A DNA stretch of 28,794 nucleotides from a virus: IMG/VR virus record IMGVR_UViG_3300025806_000010. One strand, written 5' to 3'. The notes under the pieces are model-generated. The model did no database searches and was not told the DNA's origin. It was given only the letters and a program-made list of their open reading frames with translations. A program made the position numbers and the translations under genes. This document shows positions 1-9,900 of this stretch, piece by piece. Positions within the stretch are counted from its first letter, which is position 1. Each line of letters starts with the position of its first letter.

Positions 1-127
1 TTAGCCTACACAACAACTGGGTATAGCGTTAATCTGTTAGCCGTTGGAACATATTGCACAATAGTTGGTGCGTCTTCTTTAGCGGGAGTATGTGATACCC
101 CTGCAAATATGCCCGACATATCGCAAA
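1..127. repeat. Terminal direct repeat, left copy (circular-closure overlap of the contig)
   Basis: Compared base by base: 1..127 is identical to 28668..28794. The repeat lies inside an ORF that continues in frame across the junction. Confidence 0.95.
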
Positions 128-1863
128 AGGATTTCTTAACGGATATTATTGAAAGGTTTAATTTAGCAATTGTAGCTGATGAAACCAATAACAAGAATCT
201 TACGGTTATGCCGTGGAGCGATTACATAAGTTTAGGAGAAAGAAAAGATTGGACACAAAAATTAGACCTTTCACAAGAACGCATTATTTCCCCAACTACG
301 AAATTTAAAAAGCAGTTTATCAGGTTTTCGGATTTAGAGGATGATGATAATAGAAATCTATCGAACCAAAACACTTACGGTTCTGTATTCGGTAATTTCG
401 AGCAAAAAATTAACGGGGATTTCATTACGGGAAACTTAGAAAACAATCCTATCTTTTCACCCTTCCATGTTAACCCAGTACCAAGACAGGATAATTTCGG
501 CGCAACTTCTGATGCACCCAATTTAGTTATCCATCAAAGCTATTCTTACGGAACGGAAGGACCTTTGGCAAGTTGTAAACCAAAACTTTTCTATCATAAC
601 GGATTAGAAGCATTATCCCCTGACGATAGAATTTACATCGGTGCAACGATTACATATAGTTACCCCCTTTGTTTACCTTACTATAATGCAGGGGCGCAAA
701 TGGCAGAAGATTCCCCGATGTTATCGTGGCAGTTTCAAACTCCCAATTCATGGGGTGGGGTAATATATGGAACTACTCCAAGTTCTGAGGGGTATTTTAA
801 ACGGTACTGGCAGCAGTTCCTTGCTTCATACTATGATACCGATGCACGGGTGCTTGATTGTTCCTTATACCTTACCGCATCCGATATTCACAACTTCCAA
901 TTTAACGACGAAGTAGTAATAGAAGATACCGCATATAGGGTTCTAAAAATTCAAAACTACCAACCTAATACAAATGTGCCAACTAAGGTTCAACTACTAA
1001 AGAAAGTGTTTTCTATTGGAGCTTTGCAGATAGTAGATAATTTTTCTGATTGTGTAGCTTCTCCTGTCGCGTTATTATCAAGTGGGATAGTACAGTTTCA
1101 AAATGACCAAACGGGGGCAGTAGTACAAAGCGAAGTATGTTGTAACGACTACAATTACTTTTGGGATGGAACGGAATGCTTTTGGAACTACGGTGGAGGT
1201 GGAGGCGGCGGTGGTGATCCTACTACTGGACTTGGCGGCTGGAATCCACACGGCATTCCAAATGATGACACAATAGGAGGTGTAAGTGACTTGAAAGGAG
1301 TGGGCGGTTTTCATACCCGCAAACGTGGGGGAGTCGGAAATATTAACCCCGTCTTAGGGGAGCATTCTACACGTGGGCAAAATGTAGCAAGTATAGCGAA
1401 CTCGGTAAATAAAACCTTTGTTTACTATGCTCAAACAAATCACACCACGGTAAAGACTGCTACTCCAAATGGAATAGCGGGGGAAGCGTCAGCCTTACAA
1501 ATCCCTTTAGACACGATGGCTCGATTTATCGTTAGGGCGTTGACCGTTCAAACCCATGTCCTAAGTGGTGGAAGTGGGTCTTATGGTTCTTCGGCTTTTG
1601 ATGTTTGGATTTTCTTAGTCAAAAATGTAGGAGGAACAATTAGCGTAGTAGGTAGTTCTGAAGTAATACAATTCAGGCAAAGAGATACAGATTCAGGAAC
1701 GCGAACTTTGAGCATGGTAGGTTCAGCAGGTAAGACAGGATTTGCGGGAAATAGAGGTGTAGACATACAATGTACAGGACCTGCTAAAAGTGTTATCGCA
1801 TGGCACTTAGACTGCGAAGTTACGTATGTAGATTTTAGTTACACAAAAACGGTTACGGTATAA
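1..1863 (+). CDS. 3' part of a wrap-around gene (27441..28794 joined to 128..1863, about 1029 aa): large tail or baseplate structural protein with a Gly8 linker
   Basis: Frame 1 is open from base 1 (LAYTTTGYSVNLLAVGTYCTIVGASSLAGVCDTPANMPDISQK...). It is in phase with the ORF that starts at 27441 once the 127-bp overlap is removed. The ATG at 109 in the track ORF is internal. Large size, position among tail genes and GGGGGGGG at about 1195..1218 fit a structural protein. Confidence 0.6.
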   Translation, partial: LAYTTTGYSVNLLAVGTYCTIVGASSLAGVCDTPANMPDISQKDFLTDIIERFNLAIVADETNNKNLTVMPWSDYISLGERKDWTQKLDLSQERIISPTTKFKKQFIRFSDLEDDDNRNLSNQNTYGSVFGNFEQKINGDFITGNLENNPIFSPFHVNPVPRQDNFGATSDAPNLVIHQSYSYGTEGPLASCKPKLFYHNGLEALSPDDRIYIGATITYSYPLCLPYYNAGAQMAEDSPMLSWQFQTPNSWGGVIYGTTPSSEGYFKRYWQQFLASYYDTDARVLDCSLYLTASDIHNFQFNDEVVIEDTAYRVLKIQNYQPNTNVPTKVQLLKKVFSIGALQIVDNFSDCVASPVALLSSGIVQFQNDQTGAVVQSEVCCNDYNYFWDGTECFWNYGGGGGGGGDPTTGLGGWNPHGIPNDDTIGGVSDLKGVGGFHTRKRGGVGNINPVLGEHSTRGQNVASIANSVNKTFVYYAQTNHTTVKTATPNGIAGEASALQIPLDTMARFIVRALTVQTHVLSGGSGSYGSSAFDVWIFLVKNVGGTISVVGSSEVIQFRQRDTDSGTRTLSMVGSAGKTGFAGNRGVDIQCTGPAKSVIAWHLDCEVTYVDFSYTKTVTV

Positions 1864-1864
1864 A

Positions 1865-2044
1865 ATGAAACAATACATAGACAATGTAGGAAAGTCGATG
1901 CCCTACACTTTAAAACTTGCCCAACAAAGGGAGGTAATAGAAGATAACTACTCTTTAATCCTTTACGGGTATTATCAGTACACGGGATTGCGTGGTTTTT
2001 TTAAGAAGGTTAGACAAGGAATAAAAGCAAGGAACAATGGCTGA
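1865..2044 (+). CDS. Small hypothetical protein (59 aa)
   Basis: Hand-translated: ATG at 1865 (MKQYIDNVGKSMPYTLKLAQQREV...), TGA at 2042..2044. It fills an otherwise non-coding gap and overlaps the next start by 8 nt. Confidence 0.35.
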   Translation: MKQYIDNVGKSMPYTLKLAQQREVIEDNYSLILYGYYQYTGLRGFFKKVRQGIKARNNG

Positions 2045-3695
2045 GAAAATAGAAGTAGGAGTAACGATAAAAGGAACGGAGAAGGTTTCTTCTGACCTGA
2101 CAAAAATAGATGACAAAACCCAAGACATAAGCGGAAACGTTAATATGGCTTCGGGTGCATTAGATAAGATGACGGGTGGGGCGTTAACTGCCTTTACGGG
2201 AATATCGAATGGGGTAAAGTCTGCTATAGTAGGTATGAAGACCTTTAGGGGTGTAATGATTTCTACGGGTATTGGCGCTTTGGTTGTAGCGGTGGGTTCT
2301 TTGGTTGCTTACTTTACCCAAACCCAAAAGGGTGCAGAGAAGTTAGAGATTGCTATGGCAGGAGTGAAGATAGTCTTTGCCAAATTAACGGATGTAGCAT
2401 CTGATTTAGGTGAAAAGATTCTATGGGTATTTACCGAACCCGAACAAGCTATAAAGGATCTATGGGGTACGATTAAAACATACTTCGTAGATAAGTTTAA
2501 CGAGGTGATAAAGTCGGTGGGGTTATTGGGTTCTGCTTTTGTTAAGTTATTTGAAGGTGACTTTTCAGGTGCATTAACAGATGCCACGCAAGGGGCAAAG
2601 GGTTTATTTATGGAACTTACACCATTGGGGGTTGCCATTGAAACGGTAGGTGCTATTGTTGAAAATGTAGTTCCAGTACTCGGTGAATTTATTGATGGGG
2701 TGAATGAGGCAGTTGATTCAGCTACCAAACTCGCAGACCGTTCTATTAAATTAAGAGAGGCACAAAGGTCTTTGCAAATACAATTTGCCGAAGGTAGAGC
2801 AAAGATTAAAGAATATAATTTAATAGCAGAAGACACAAATGAAACACTTGAAAGAAGGTTAGAATTTGCACAAAAAGCAATAGACGAAGAAAGGCGTTTA
2901 ATGGCAGAACGTCAAAGGTTAGCTACTGAGGAAAGAGATATTGCAAAGGCTAATTTAGCACTAAGCAAGAATTTAGAAGAAGATACGCAAAAGCTCGTAG
3001 ACTTAGAAGTTGCTTTAATAAACATTAGAACAGAATCGGCTGAGATGCAAACGACTTTGAATAACAAGTTAAACATCATACGCCAACAAACCGCAGCAGA
3101 AAAAGCCGCAGAGATGAAAACCTTCTTGGATGGGTTGAATGAAATGGCTAAAGCGGAAGAAGTAGCTAAATTACAACGTCTAAAAGATTTAAAGATAATT
3201 AAAGATGCAGAAGAAGCTACTGCAAAAGCGGTACGTGCTGCAAGACTTGGGGTAGTAGCGGCAGGATTTGACGCTCTAAAATCTATGGCAAAAACCGAAG
3301 AAGGACAAAAGAGGTTGGCCATATCACAAATCTTAGTAAACCAAGCTATCGCAATGTCGGAGGCTATAAGAGGCGCACAAATAGCAGCAGCCGCAACTGG
3401 TCCTGCTGCCCCAGTTATGTCACCTTTATTAACTGCACAAATGTTAGCTATCGTCTTAGGTGGGTTTGCTTCAATAAAAGGGGTAATGAACCAAGCAGGT
3501 GCATCATCGGGTGCAGTAGGTACATCATCGGCAGGGGGTAGTAGTATGGGGATGCAATTAGGACTAACACCTAACATAGAAGGCGTAACCCAAGTTCAAG
3601 AAGCTATGCCGCCCGTTAAAGCCTTTGTAGTGCAAAGTCAGTTAGCCGACGAAAGTGCTTTAGCAGCTCAATTAAAAGCGATGGCATCTCTATAA
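2037..3695 (+). CDS. Tape-measure-like or internal virion protein (552 aa)
   Basis: N-terminal hydrophobic segments (ISTGIGALVVAVGSLVAYF), a long Ala/Glu/Lys-rich coiled-coil-like centre, and a C-terminal hydrophobic and Gly/Ser-rich region. Sits among structural genes. Confidence 0.45.
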   Translation: MAEKIEVGVTIKGTEKVSSDLTKIDDKTQDISGNVNMASGALDKMTGGALTAFTGISNGVKSAIVGMKTFRGVMISTGIGALVVAVGSLVAYFTQTQKGAEKLEIAMAGVKIVFAKLTDVASDLGEKILWVFTEPEQAIKDLWGTIKTYFVDKFNEVIKSVGLLGSAFVKLFEGDFSGALTDATQGAKGLFMELTPLGVAIETVGAIVENVVPVLGEFIDGVNEAVDSATKLADRSIKLREAQRSLQIQFAEGRAKIKEYNLIAEDTNETLERRLEFAQKAIDEERRLMAERQRLATEERDIAKANLALSKNLEEDTQKLVDLEVALINIRTESAEMQTTLNNKLNIIRQQTAAEKAAEMKTFLDGLNEMAKAEEVAKLQRLKDLKIIKDAEEATAKAVRAARLGVVAAGFDALKSMAKTEEGQKRLAISQILVNQAIAMSEAIRGAQIAAAATGPAAPVMSPLLTAQMLAIVLGGFASIKGVMNQAGASSGAVGTSSAGGSSMGMQLGLTPNIEGVTQVQEAMPPVKAFVVQSQLADESALAAQLKAMASL

Positions 3696-3728
3696 ATAAA
3701 CGCAAATAGAATTTACATTTTTACCATT

Positions 3729-4490
3729 ATGAGAAAACAAGTAGAGTTGTTAATTGACGAAGACGAGCTTACTGGAATCGAAGCCGTAAGCCTTGTAAGG
3801 TTTCCTGCTATTGAACAAAATTGGGTGTACCTAAGTGCAACCCAAGACAAGAAGATGCAGTTTGCTACCGATGATGAGAAGCGAATGCTGATTGGTCCTG
3901 CATTGATCCCTGACAAATTGATTATGCGGTTAGACGAAGACGATGAAGAATACGATGTGTTCTTTTCAAAGGAAACGGTACGCCATGCGATGGAGTTATT
4001 TATGCAAGAAGCACGAACCAACGAATCGACTTTAGAACACGAATCTAAAATAGATGGGGTAACGGTAGTGGAATCTTGGTTGATTGAAGACAAGAAGAAA
4101 GATAAGGCTGCTTTATATGGTTTTGAACTCCCTATCGGTACATGGATGCTATCCGTAAAAGTAAACAACGCAGATATTTGGGAAAAGGTAAAAGCAAAGG
4201 ACGTTCGGGGTTTCTCGGTGGAAGGATATTTTACGGATAGGTTAGTTGAGATGATGAAGGGAAAGCTATGTAAAAATTGCCCCGAAGACAAAGAGATTTT
4301 AGAGAAGTTAAAAGCAATAATCTTAGACGAGTTACAACCCAGTTCATTTTTAAACGATAAACCCCTTTTTGATAGCAAAAGAACGGCTGAACTATGGGGG
4401 CAGATGTTTCACGATGTATCGGGATATGAAGAAGTAAAACTCAACGGGGTTATGCTATACACCGCAAACTATAAATTAGAGAAGGTATAA
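3729..4490 (+). CDS. XkdF-like putative prohead (maturation) protease
   Basis: By eye the sequence resembles the PBSX XkdF-like family (VSLVRFPAIEQNWV..., GPALIPD, ...GFSVEGYF). It lies directly upstream of the scaffold and capsid genes. Confidence 0.6.
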   Translation: MRKQVELLIDEDELTGIEAVSLVRFPAIEQNWVYLSATQDKKMQFATDDEKRMLIGPALIPDKLIMRLDEDDEEYDVFFSKETVRHAMELFMQEARTNESTLEHESKIDGVTVVESWLIEDKKKDKAALYGFELPIGTWMLSVKVNNADIWEKVKAKDVRGFSVEGYFTDRLVEMMKGKLCKNCPEDKEILEKLKAIILDELQPSSFLNDKPLFDSKRTAELWGQMFHDVSGYEEVKLNGVMLYTANYKLEKV

Positions 4491-4540
4491 AATAAACGTA
4501 ATTCAAATAACTGTTTTTATCCTTGTAAAGCTATACACAA

Positions 4541-5233
4541 ATGAACACTATTCAAAAAATCCGTGAGATTATGGGATTACCAAAAACAAATCTCTACGCC
4601 GAAGTCAAAATTGACGATGGGCGTGTACTTGTAACTGAAGCCGATGCCTTTGAGCCTGGCGTAGATGTTCGTGTAATTGACGATAGCGGTAGTACCGTTG
4701 AACTCGATGCAGGAACTTACACTTTAGAAGATGGCCGTAAGGTTATCGTAAACGGGGATTCTCGTATGGAATCTTTCGAGGTAGAAGAAGAAGAAGAAAT
4801 TGAAGTGGAGGTAGAATTGGAAACGATCCCCGAAGCAGAAGAAGAAGGATACCGCGATGGAATAGACGATGAAAAGGAAGACGTTCGTGAAGATATGGAT
4901 TACGATAAAGTACGTGATGTATTAGCAGAGCGTTTCCCTGACCTTGATGAATCGGTAAGGGATGCTATCGCACAAGTTGTTTCTGATATTTACGCACCCG
5001 AAGTAGAGGTGGAATTGGAAGCAGAAGTGGAAGTAAAAGAAGACTTAAGCGAACTTTTAGAAGAAGCCTTCGCATCAATAAGCAAAAGACTTGAAGCATT
5101 AGAAAACGTACCTGCGGAATCAGGCGTTAATGTTTCACCAACTAACCTTTCGGCAAAGCACACGCAGAAAGACTTAACTAAATTATCAGGAGTAGACCGT
5201 GCGCTACACATTATTCAAAATTCTCATCGATGA
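4541..5233 (+). CDS. Scaffolding protein (highly acidic)
   Basis: Very Glu/Asp-rich with EVEVELE repeats. Lies between the protease and the capsid gene, with an ATGA overlap onto the capsid gene. Confidence 0.6.
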   Translation: MNTIQKIREIMGLPKTNLYAEVKIDDGRVLVTEADAFEPGVDVRVIDDSGSTVELDAGTYTLEDGRKVIVNGDSRMESFEVEEEEEIEVEVELETIPEAEEEGYRDGIDDEKEDVREDMDYDKVRDVLAERFPDLDESVRDAIAQVVSDIYAPEVEVELEAEVEVKEDLSELLEEAFASISKRLEALENVPAESGVNVSPTNLSAKHTQKDLTKLSGVDRALHIIQNSHR

Positions 5234-6198
5234 ATTTATCATTAAACAAGAAGTATAACTTCGATATTGACCCTTCTGTCAATACTTATGCAGGGGAGTT
5301 AGCCCTTCCTTATGTAACTGCTGCACTTCTCGGTGCAGAAACAATCGCTAAGGGGCGTTGCCGCTTTTTAGAAGGTATCGTAGGTAAGACCGTAATTTCA
5401 GGACTTGCAACAACGGACACAATTCAAGCAGCTAATTGCGACTTCGCAGACGGTTCTAACGTAGCACTAACTGAGCAGGTTTTAGACCCATCAGACTTAG
5501 CGGTTATGGAAGAAATTTGTAGAGGTACTATGTACCCTACTTGGATTGCTGCTAATGGAAGAATGGAGCGTAACGGACAACTACCCGTAGCGTGGTCAGA
5601 CTTCCTTCTTGGGGCGGTTGCTGAAAGAACTGGTTCAAACTTAGAATCTATAATTTGGTCAGGTGCTGCTCCTTTTGGAACGGGTTTCCTTTCTAACAAT
5701 GGAACTATAAACGAAGCAGGAATTGACGCTTCTGCTTGTGCAGACTTCGTTGAGGCTGACACTGGTGCTGCGTGGGATGCTACAAATATTCTTGCTAAGT
5801 TAGGTATTGTCTTTGATGCTGCTGCAGGAATACCAGGTATTCTTCAGAAGCCAGGATGTGGATTCTACGTTTCATACGAAGCGTATGCGTTCTTCTTACA
5901 AGCATTAGCTGCTCAGAATACAGGACCAGGTTACAACCAGTCTTTAGAAGGTGCTAACTACTTAGGCTACCCAGTTTACCCAACAGCAGGTATCCCGAAT
6001 ACGGTTGATGTTTGTGTATTTACTTATCCTGACAACTTGGTTGTAGGTGCTAACAGCTACACGGCTGACATTTCTGCACAATTGATTCCTACTTATATGT
6101 ATGATGGTTCGGACAACGTTCGCGCTTCTATGCGTTTCGCTGTTGGAGTTCAAACTGCTGTAGCAGGTGACGGTGTTGTAGGATTTAACTTTACTTAA
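5230..6198 (+). CDS. Major capsid protein (HK97-fold type)
   Basis: 322 aa with capsid-like composition and pattern (AGELALPYVTAALLGAETIAKG..., IWSGAAPFGTGFL). Follows the canonical protease, scaffold, capsid order. Confidence 0.8.
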   Translation: MNLSLNKKYNFDIDPSVNTYAGELALPYVTAALLGAETIAKGRCRFLEGIVGKTVISGLATTDTIQAANCDFADGSNVALTEQVLDPSDLAVMEEICRGTMYPTWIAANGRMERNGQLPVAWSDFLLGAVAERTGSNLESIIWSGAAPFGTGFLSNNGTINEAGIDASACADFVEADTGAAWDATNILAKLGIVFDAAAGIPGILQKPGCGFYVSYEAYAFFLQALAAQNTGPGYNQSLEGANYLGYPVYPTAGIPNTVDVCVFTYPDNLVVGANSYTADISAQLIPTYMYDGSDNVRASMRFAVGVQTAVAGDGVVGFNFT

Positions 6199-6211
6199 TA
6201 CTTAAATAAAA

Positions 6212-6811
6212 ATGGCTTGTAATATAACTGCCGCACGGGGTATAGATTGCCGTGACGCTATTGGTGGCTTAAAAGCTATTTATTTTTGTAGCTCTTATTG
6301 TTCTGATATTCTTGCAGAAGCAACCGTAACCGCATCTTCATATACTATAACTGACGCAGGTTTTGCGAATTGGGATATTGTAGATACAACGGTAACCGTT
6401 TTTAAGTATGACCTTGTAACTGACCTATCAACTTTTAAATCTGCGGTAGAAGCAGATAAAGCAACGGGATCAGTTATGTGGAATCAGACTTTAGATGTAG
6501 TACTTCAAAAAGTTGTAGCCGCTGATTTATACCAACTCGGACTAATTTCTAAGAACCGTGCGCAAATCTTTGTGCAAGATTCAAACGACAATGTGTACTT
6601 GATGGGTATAACTGACGGGTGTTATTTAACGGGTGGTGATTCTATCGCTACGGGTACAAATCGTTCTGATATGAATGGTTTAACGTTAAGCTTCACAGCT
6701 AAAGAACAAGCACCGTTATACATCCTTCCTGCTTCGGCAGGGGTTGCTACTGCTAAGTATCCTTTTGATGGATTAGCAGACGAAGCAGACTTAACTATTA
6801 CGGCAGCCTAA
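6212..6811 (+). CDS. Virion structural protein, possibly a major tail (tube) protein
   Basis: 199 aa. GGLKAIYF near the N-terminus and a D.N....LG...G.....G....TG....D.NG pattern are reminiscent of tail-tube proteins. Followed by a strong terminator. Confidence 0.4.
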   Translation: MACNITAARGIDCRDAIGGLKAIYFCSSYCSDILAEATVTASSYTITDAGFANWDIVDTTVTVFKYDLVTDLSTFKSAVEADKATGSVMWNQTLDVVLQKVVAADLYQLGLISKNRAQIFVQDSNDNVYLMGITDGCYLTGGDSIATGTNRSDMNGLTLSFTAKEQAPLYILPASAGVATAKYPFDGLADEADLTITAA

Positions 6812-6835
6812 AAGCTAACGTAACGAAACGAAACT

Positions 6836-6867
6836 GGGAGGGTGGCAAAAGCCGTCCTCCCTTTTTT
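6836..6867 (+). terminator. Rho-independent terminator after the head operon
   Basis: GGGAGGGTGGC-AAAA-GCCGTCCTCCC forms an 11-bp stem (two G-U pairs) with a 4-nt loop, followed by TTTTTT. Confidence 0.8.
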
Positions 6868-6904
6868 ATTATAAACGGATTTACACTTTCTATTCTTACC
6901 ATTG

Positions 6905-9900
6905 ATGCTACAAATAATATCCAACTCCAACGAAACTAAGACTGGTCCTGAATTGGTGCAGAATGGTGACTTCTCGCAGTTGGGTACTGACTTAGTAGAG
7001 AATGGTGAATTTGATGAATTAGGTACGGATGTAATAACTAACGGAGGTTTTACTGGTGTAACTGAATTAGTTGCGGATGGGGACTTTTCTTTAACTGGCA
7101 CACAAGCTGAAAGTACCACGGGAACTTATTGGACTACTGGAAGTAAGTGGGTAATTAATAGTAATTCTGCCTATACGGATGCAACTGCATACAGCAATTT
7201 ATCTACTTATTCAGTTTTTGAATCAGGAAAGACTTATACTATAACCGTTGAAGTTAGTGGTGGTAATTGTAGAGTGTATTTTGGGACTTCCGCAACTACT
7301 CTTCATCTTTTAACGGATGGGTTAAATACAATAACGGCAGTTGCTGAAGGCACTAAATTAACATTCAGAGCATACACAACTCCCACAACAATTTCTAACG
7401 TATCTGTCAAAGAAGAAGGTGAAGATTGGACACAAGGCATAGGATGGACGATTGGAGACAGCAAAGCAACAAGCACCCAAGCATTAGGAAGTGAGGAAGT
7501 AACGAACGGAGACTTTAGTGCTGCGGGTATCAACCTTGTAGACAATCCAAATTTTACGGATACAGGAAGTGAGTTAGTTACTAATGGAGATTTTGCTACA
7601 GATAGTGATTGGACTTTTAGTAATATAGGTGGAAGTAATGGTTGGAGAATAGCTGATGGTAGAGCGATATGTGATACAAGTGCTGCTACTAAAAATAGAA
7701 ACCTTACATCAAGTCTTAGTTTAGATGGTAGCAAAGATTACAAATTAACTATAGATATTTTACAGTCTGCTGATAACATAACCGTTTATGTAGGTGGTAC
7801 AGCGTTATCTCCAAAATTACCAACTGGCGAAAACTTAGGATATGAATATTATATATCTTCGTCAGACCATAGTGGAGGCGCACTTATGTTTTACGCTGGA
7901 AGTAGCGATTTACAAGAAATAGACAACGTATCCGTTAAAGAACTCGGTGCGGATTGGACTGTTTTAAATGCAGACGCTACTCACTACGTTGAATTTATAG
8001 AAACGGGAGCGAGATTTGTTTTTGCAACTACTTCCCCCGCTGTATATTTAAATCAGCCAACTACATTACTCGCAAATAAATCTTATAAATTAACGGTAGA
8101 TTTAACTCGTGTTAGTGGTGGGGTAAAACTTGAGGGAGGAGGGATAACTGAGATTTTTAATGCCACCACTTCAGGAACGAATAACACGAGGTATATTACA
8201 CCAACATCTAATATTTACCTTCAATTTCTTCGTTCAAGTTCAAATGTAGATTTAACTTTCCACAGCGTCTCAGTCCAAGAACTCGGAGAGGGGTGGACAC
8301 TTACTGCCGCAACAATAGGAGAAGATGAGGCAACTATTGTAAGTCCTGACGGTAGCTATGCAGGAATATCACAATCTAATGTAACTATCTCAGGAAAAAC
8401 ATATAAATATAGTTTAGAGATAAAATCTATAAGTGGTAATTTGGGTTTAGTTATTGGGGGAGTTTCAGATATTTTTTCAACTGTTGGAACAAAAACAGGT
8501 TACGTCACAGCAGCAGGGACTTATCTGGAAATTAAAAGAGGCGGAGGGGTTCTTAATGCTACTATCACAAACATCTCAGTCAAAGAGATAGCGACATCAT
8601 ACCTAACACAAGGCGTTTCCCTTTCCGCTAAAACGTGGAAGATAATATACAGCGTATCGGATTACATAGCGGGTTCGGTAAGTGCTACGGATTATGGTGT
8701 GGTGACTACGGCAAACGCAGTCGGGATAACTGAGTACGTACAAATCGGGGCAGTTTCTGATTTTCGCATGGTAAATATAGACGGATACTTTGAAGGGGCG
8801 GTAACGGGTATCTCTGCGGAACTTGTAGATCCGAACGGATATTGGACACTTAATGGTTGGGTATTTGGAGAAGATAAAGCTTCTAATGATGGAGTCAATA
8901 CGGGAAATTTAAACCAAGATGTTGGTTTACAACAAGATAAATCATATTTAATTAAAGGGACAATATCTAACTATAATAGTGGGACATTGCAAGTAAGACT
9001 TGGTTTAGGTGCTACTATTGATGTGGGAAGTTCAGATGGTACATTTAGTATCTATTTAAAAAGCACAAGCACAAATAGTGTATTAAGATTTTATCCAAAA
9101 GTAGGCAGTCTATTTAATGGTTCTGTAACAAACATCTCAGTTGAACAAGTTGACCCGAACGATTACTGGACATTAGGAACGGGTTGGTCGATAGGTACGG
9201 ATAAAGCTATTTCTACCGTTACGGGTTCAAATTCAGACATAACGCAAAGCATACTTACCGCAGGGAAAACATACCGCACGGTTTACGAAATCGTTGACTA
9301 TGATGCGGGAACGGCTCAAGCCGTAGTAACAGGTTCTGCGGGTGCGGATGCCGTAGCTATAGAAACATACACCGAAGACTTAACTACAACGGGAACGGAT
9401 TTCTCTATACGTAGTAAACTTGGAACTTTTGATGGGGCGGTTTCTTCGGTATCAGCAAAACTTTTAGGGTCATACGAAGACCAAAGTATTTACGTTACCG
9501 CCGCAGACGTTCAAACTCTTCCACAAGCGAGTGTGTATTACTTGGTAGAATTAACTTCTATGGCTTCGAAGAATAGCATATATTTCATTCCATCTTCGGT
9601 AGTACCCAATAATGGACGTTATACTAAATTGAATTTTACGGTAGTAAGTAAAGATGCACTCACACAACCAACGGTAGGAATAATATCTTTCTACGATTCG
9701 GCGGGTGGGTTTGATACCTACCCTATGGGTTTTTATGAGTTTAAAATATACGAGCAAACATCCTCCACAAACTTAGACCCGTTGTTAGCTACTGGACTTT
9801 TAGAGAAGGGGTTTGCCTTCGTTCGTGATTTTAGTGGTAATATGCAAGAACTTACTGACGGGTTTAAAGAATATAACCCTACGCTTACTCAATACGTTTA

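Noticed and set aside
109-1863. Track ORF treated as an independent 584-aa gene starting at ATG 109
   Set aside because: The frame is open back to base 1 and joins in phase with the ORF starting at 27441 once the 127-bp overlap is collapsed, so ATG 109 is an internal Met.
2309-3577. Long antisense ORFs (175 aa and 221 aa) opposite the tape-measure-like gene
   Set aside because: Their products are Ala/Ser/Phe-rich and low-complexity, the mirror image of the sense gene's Ala/Glu/Lys codons. The sense ORF is much longer and fits the operon.
3713-4378. 221-aa antisense ORF opposite the XkdF-like protease gene
   Set aside because: Its Ser-rich product (SSSSSS runs) comes from the reverse complement of Glu/Asp codons. 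It has no motif, and the sense frame contains a recognisable family.
6808-7734. Antisense ORFs (103 aa and 143 aa) opposite the start of the fibre gene
   Set aside because: They are embedded in a 3-kb sense ORF with clear repeat architecture, and their products are low-complexity.
6905-9470. Fibre repeats as a diversity-generating retroelement target or a CRISPR-like array
   Set aside because: The genome has no reverse transcriptase and no template repeat. The repeats are in-frame protein modules, strongly diverged at the DNA level, with no spacer-and-repeat regularity.
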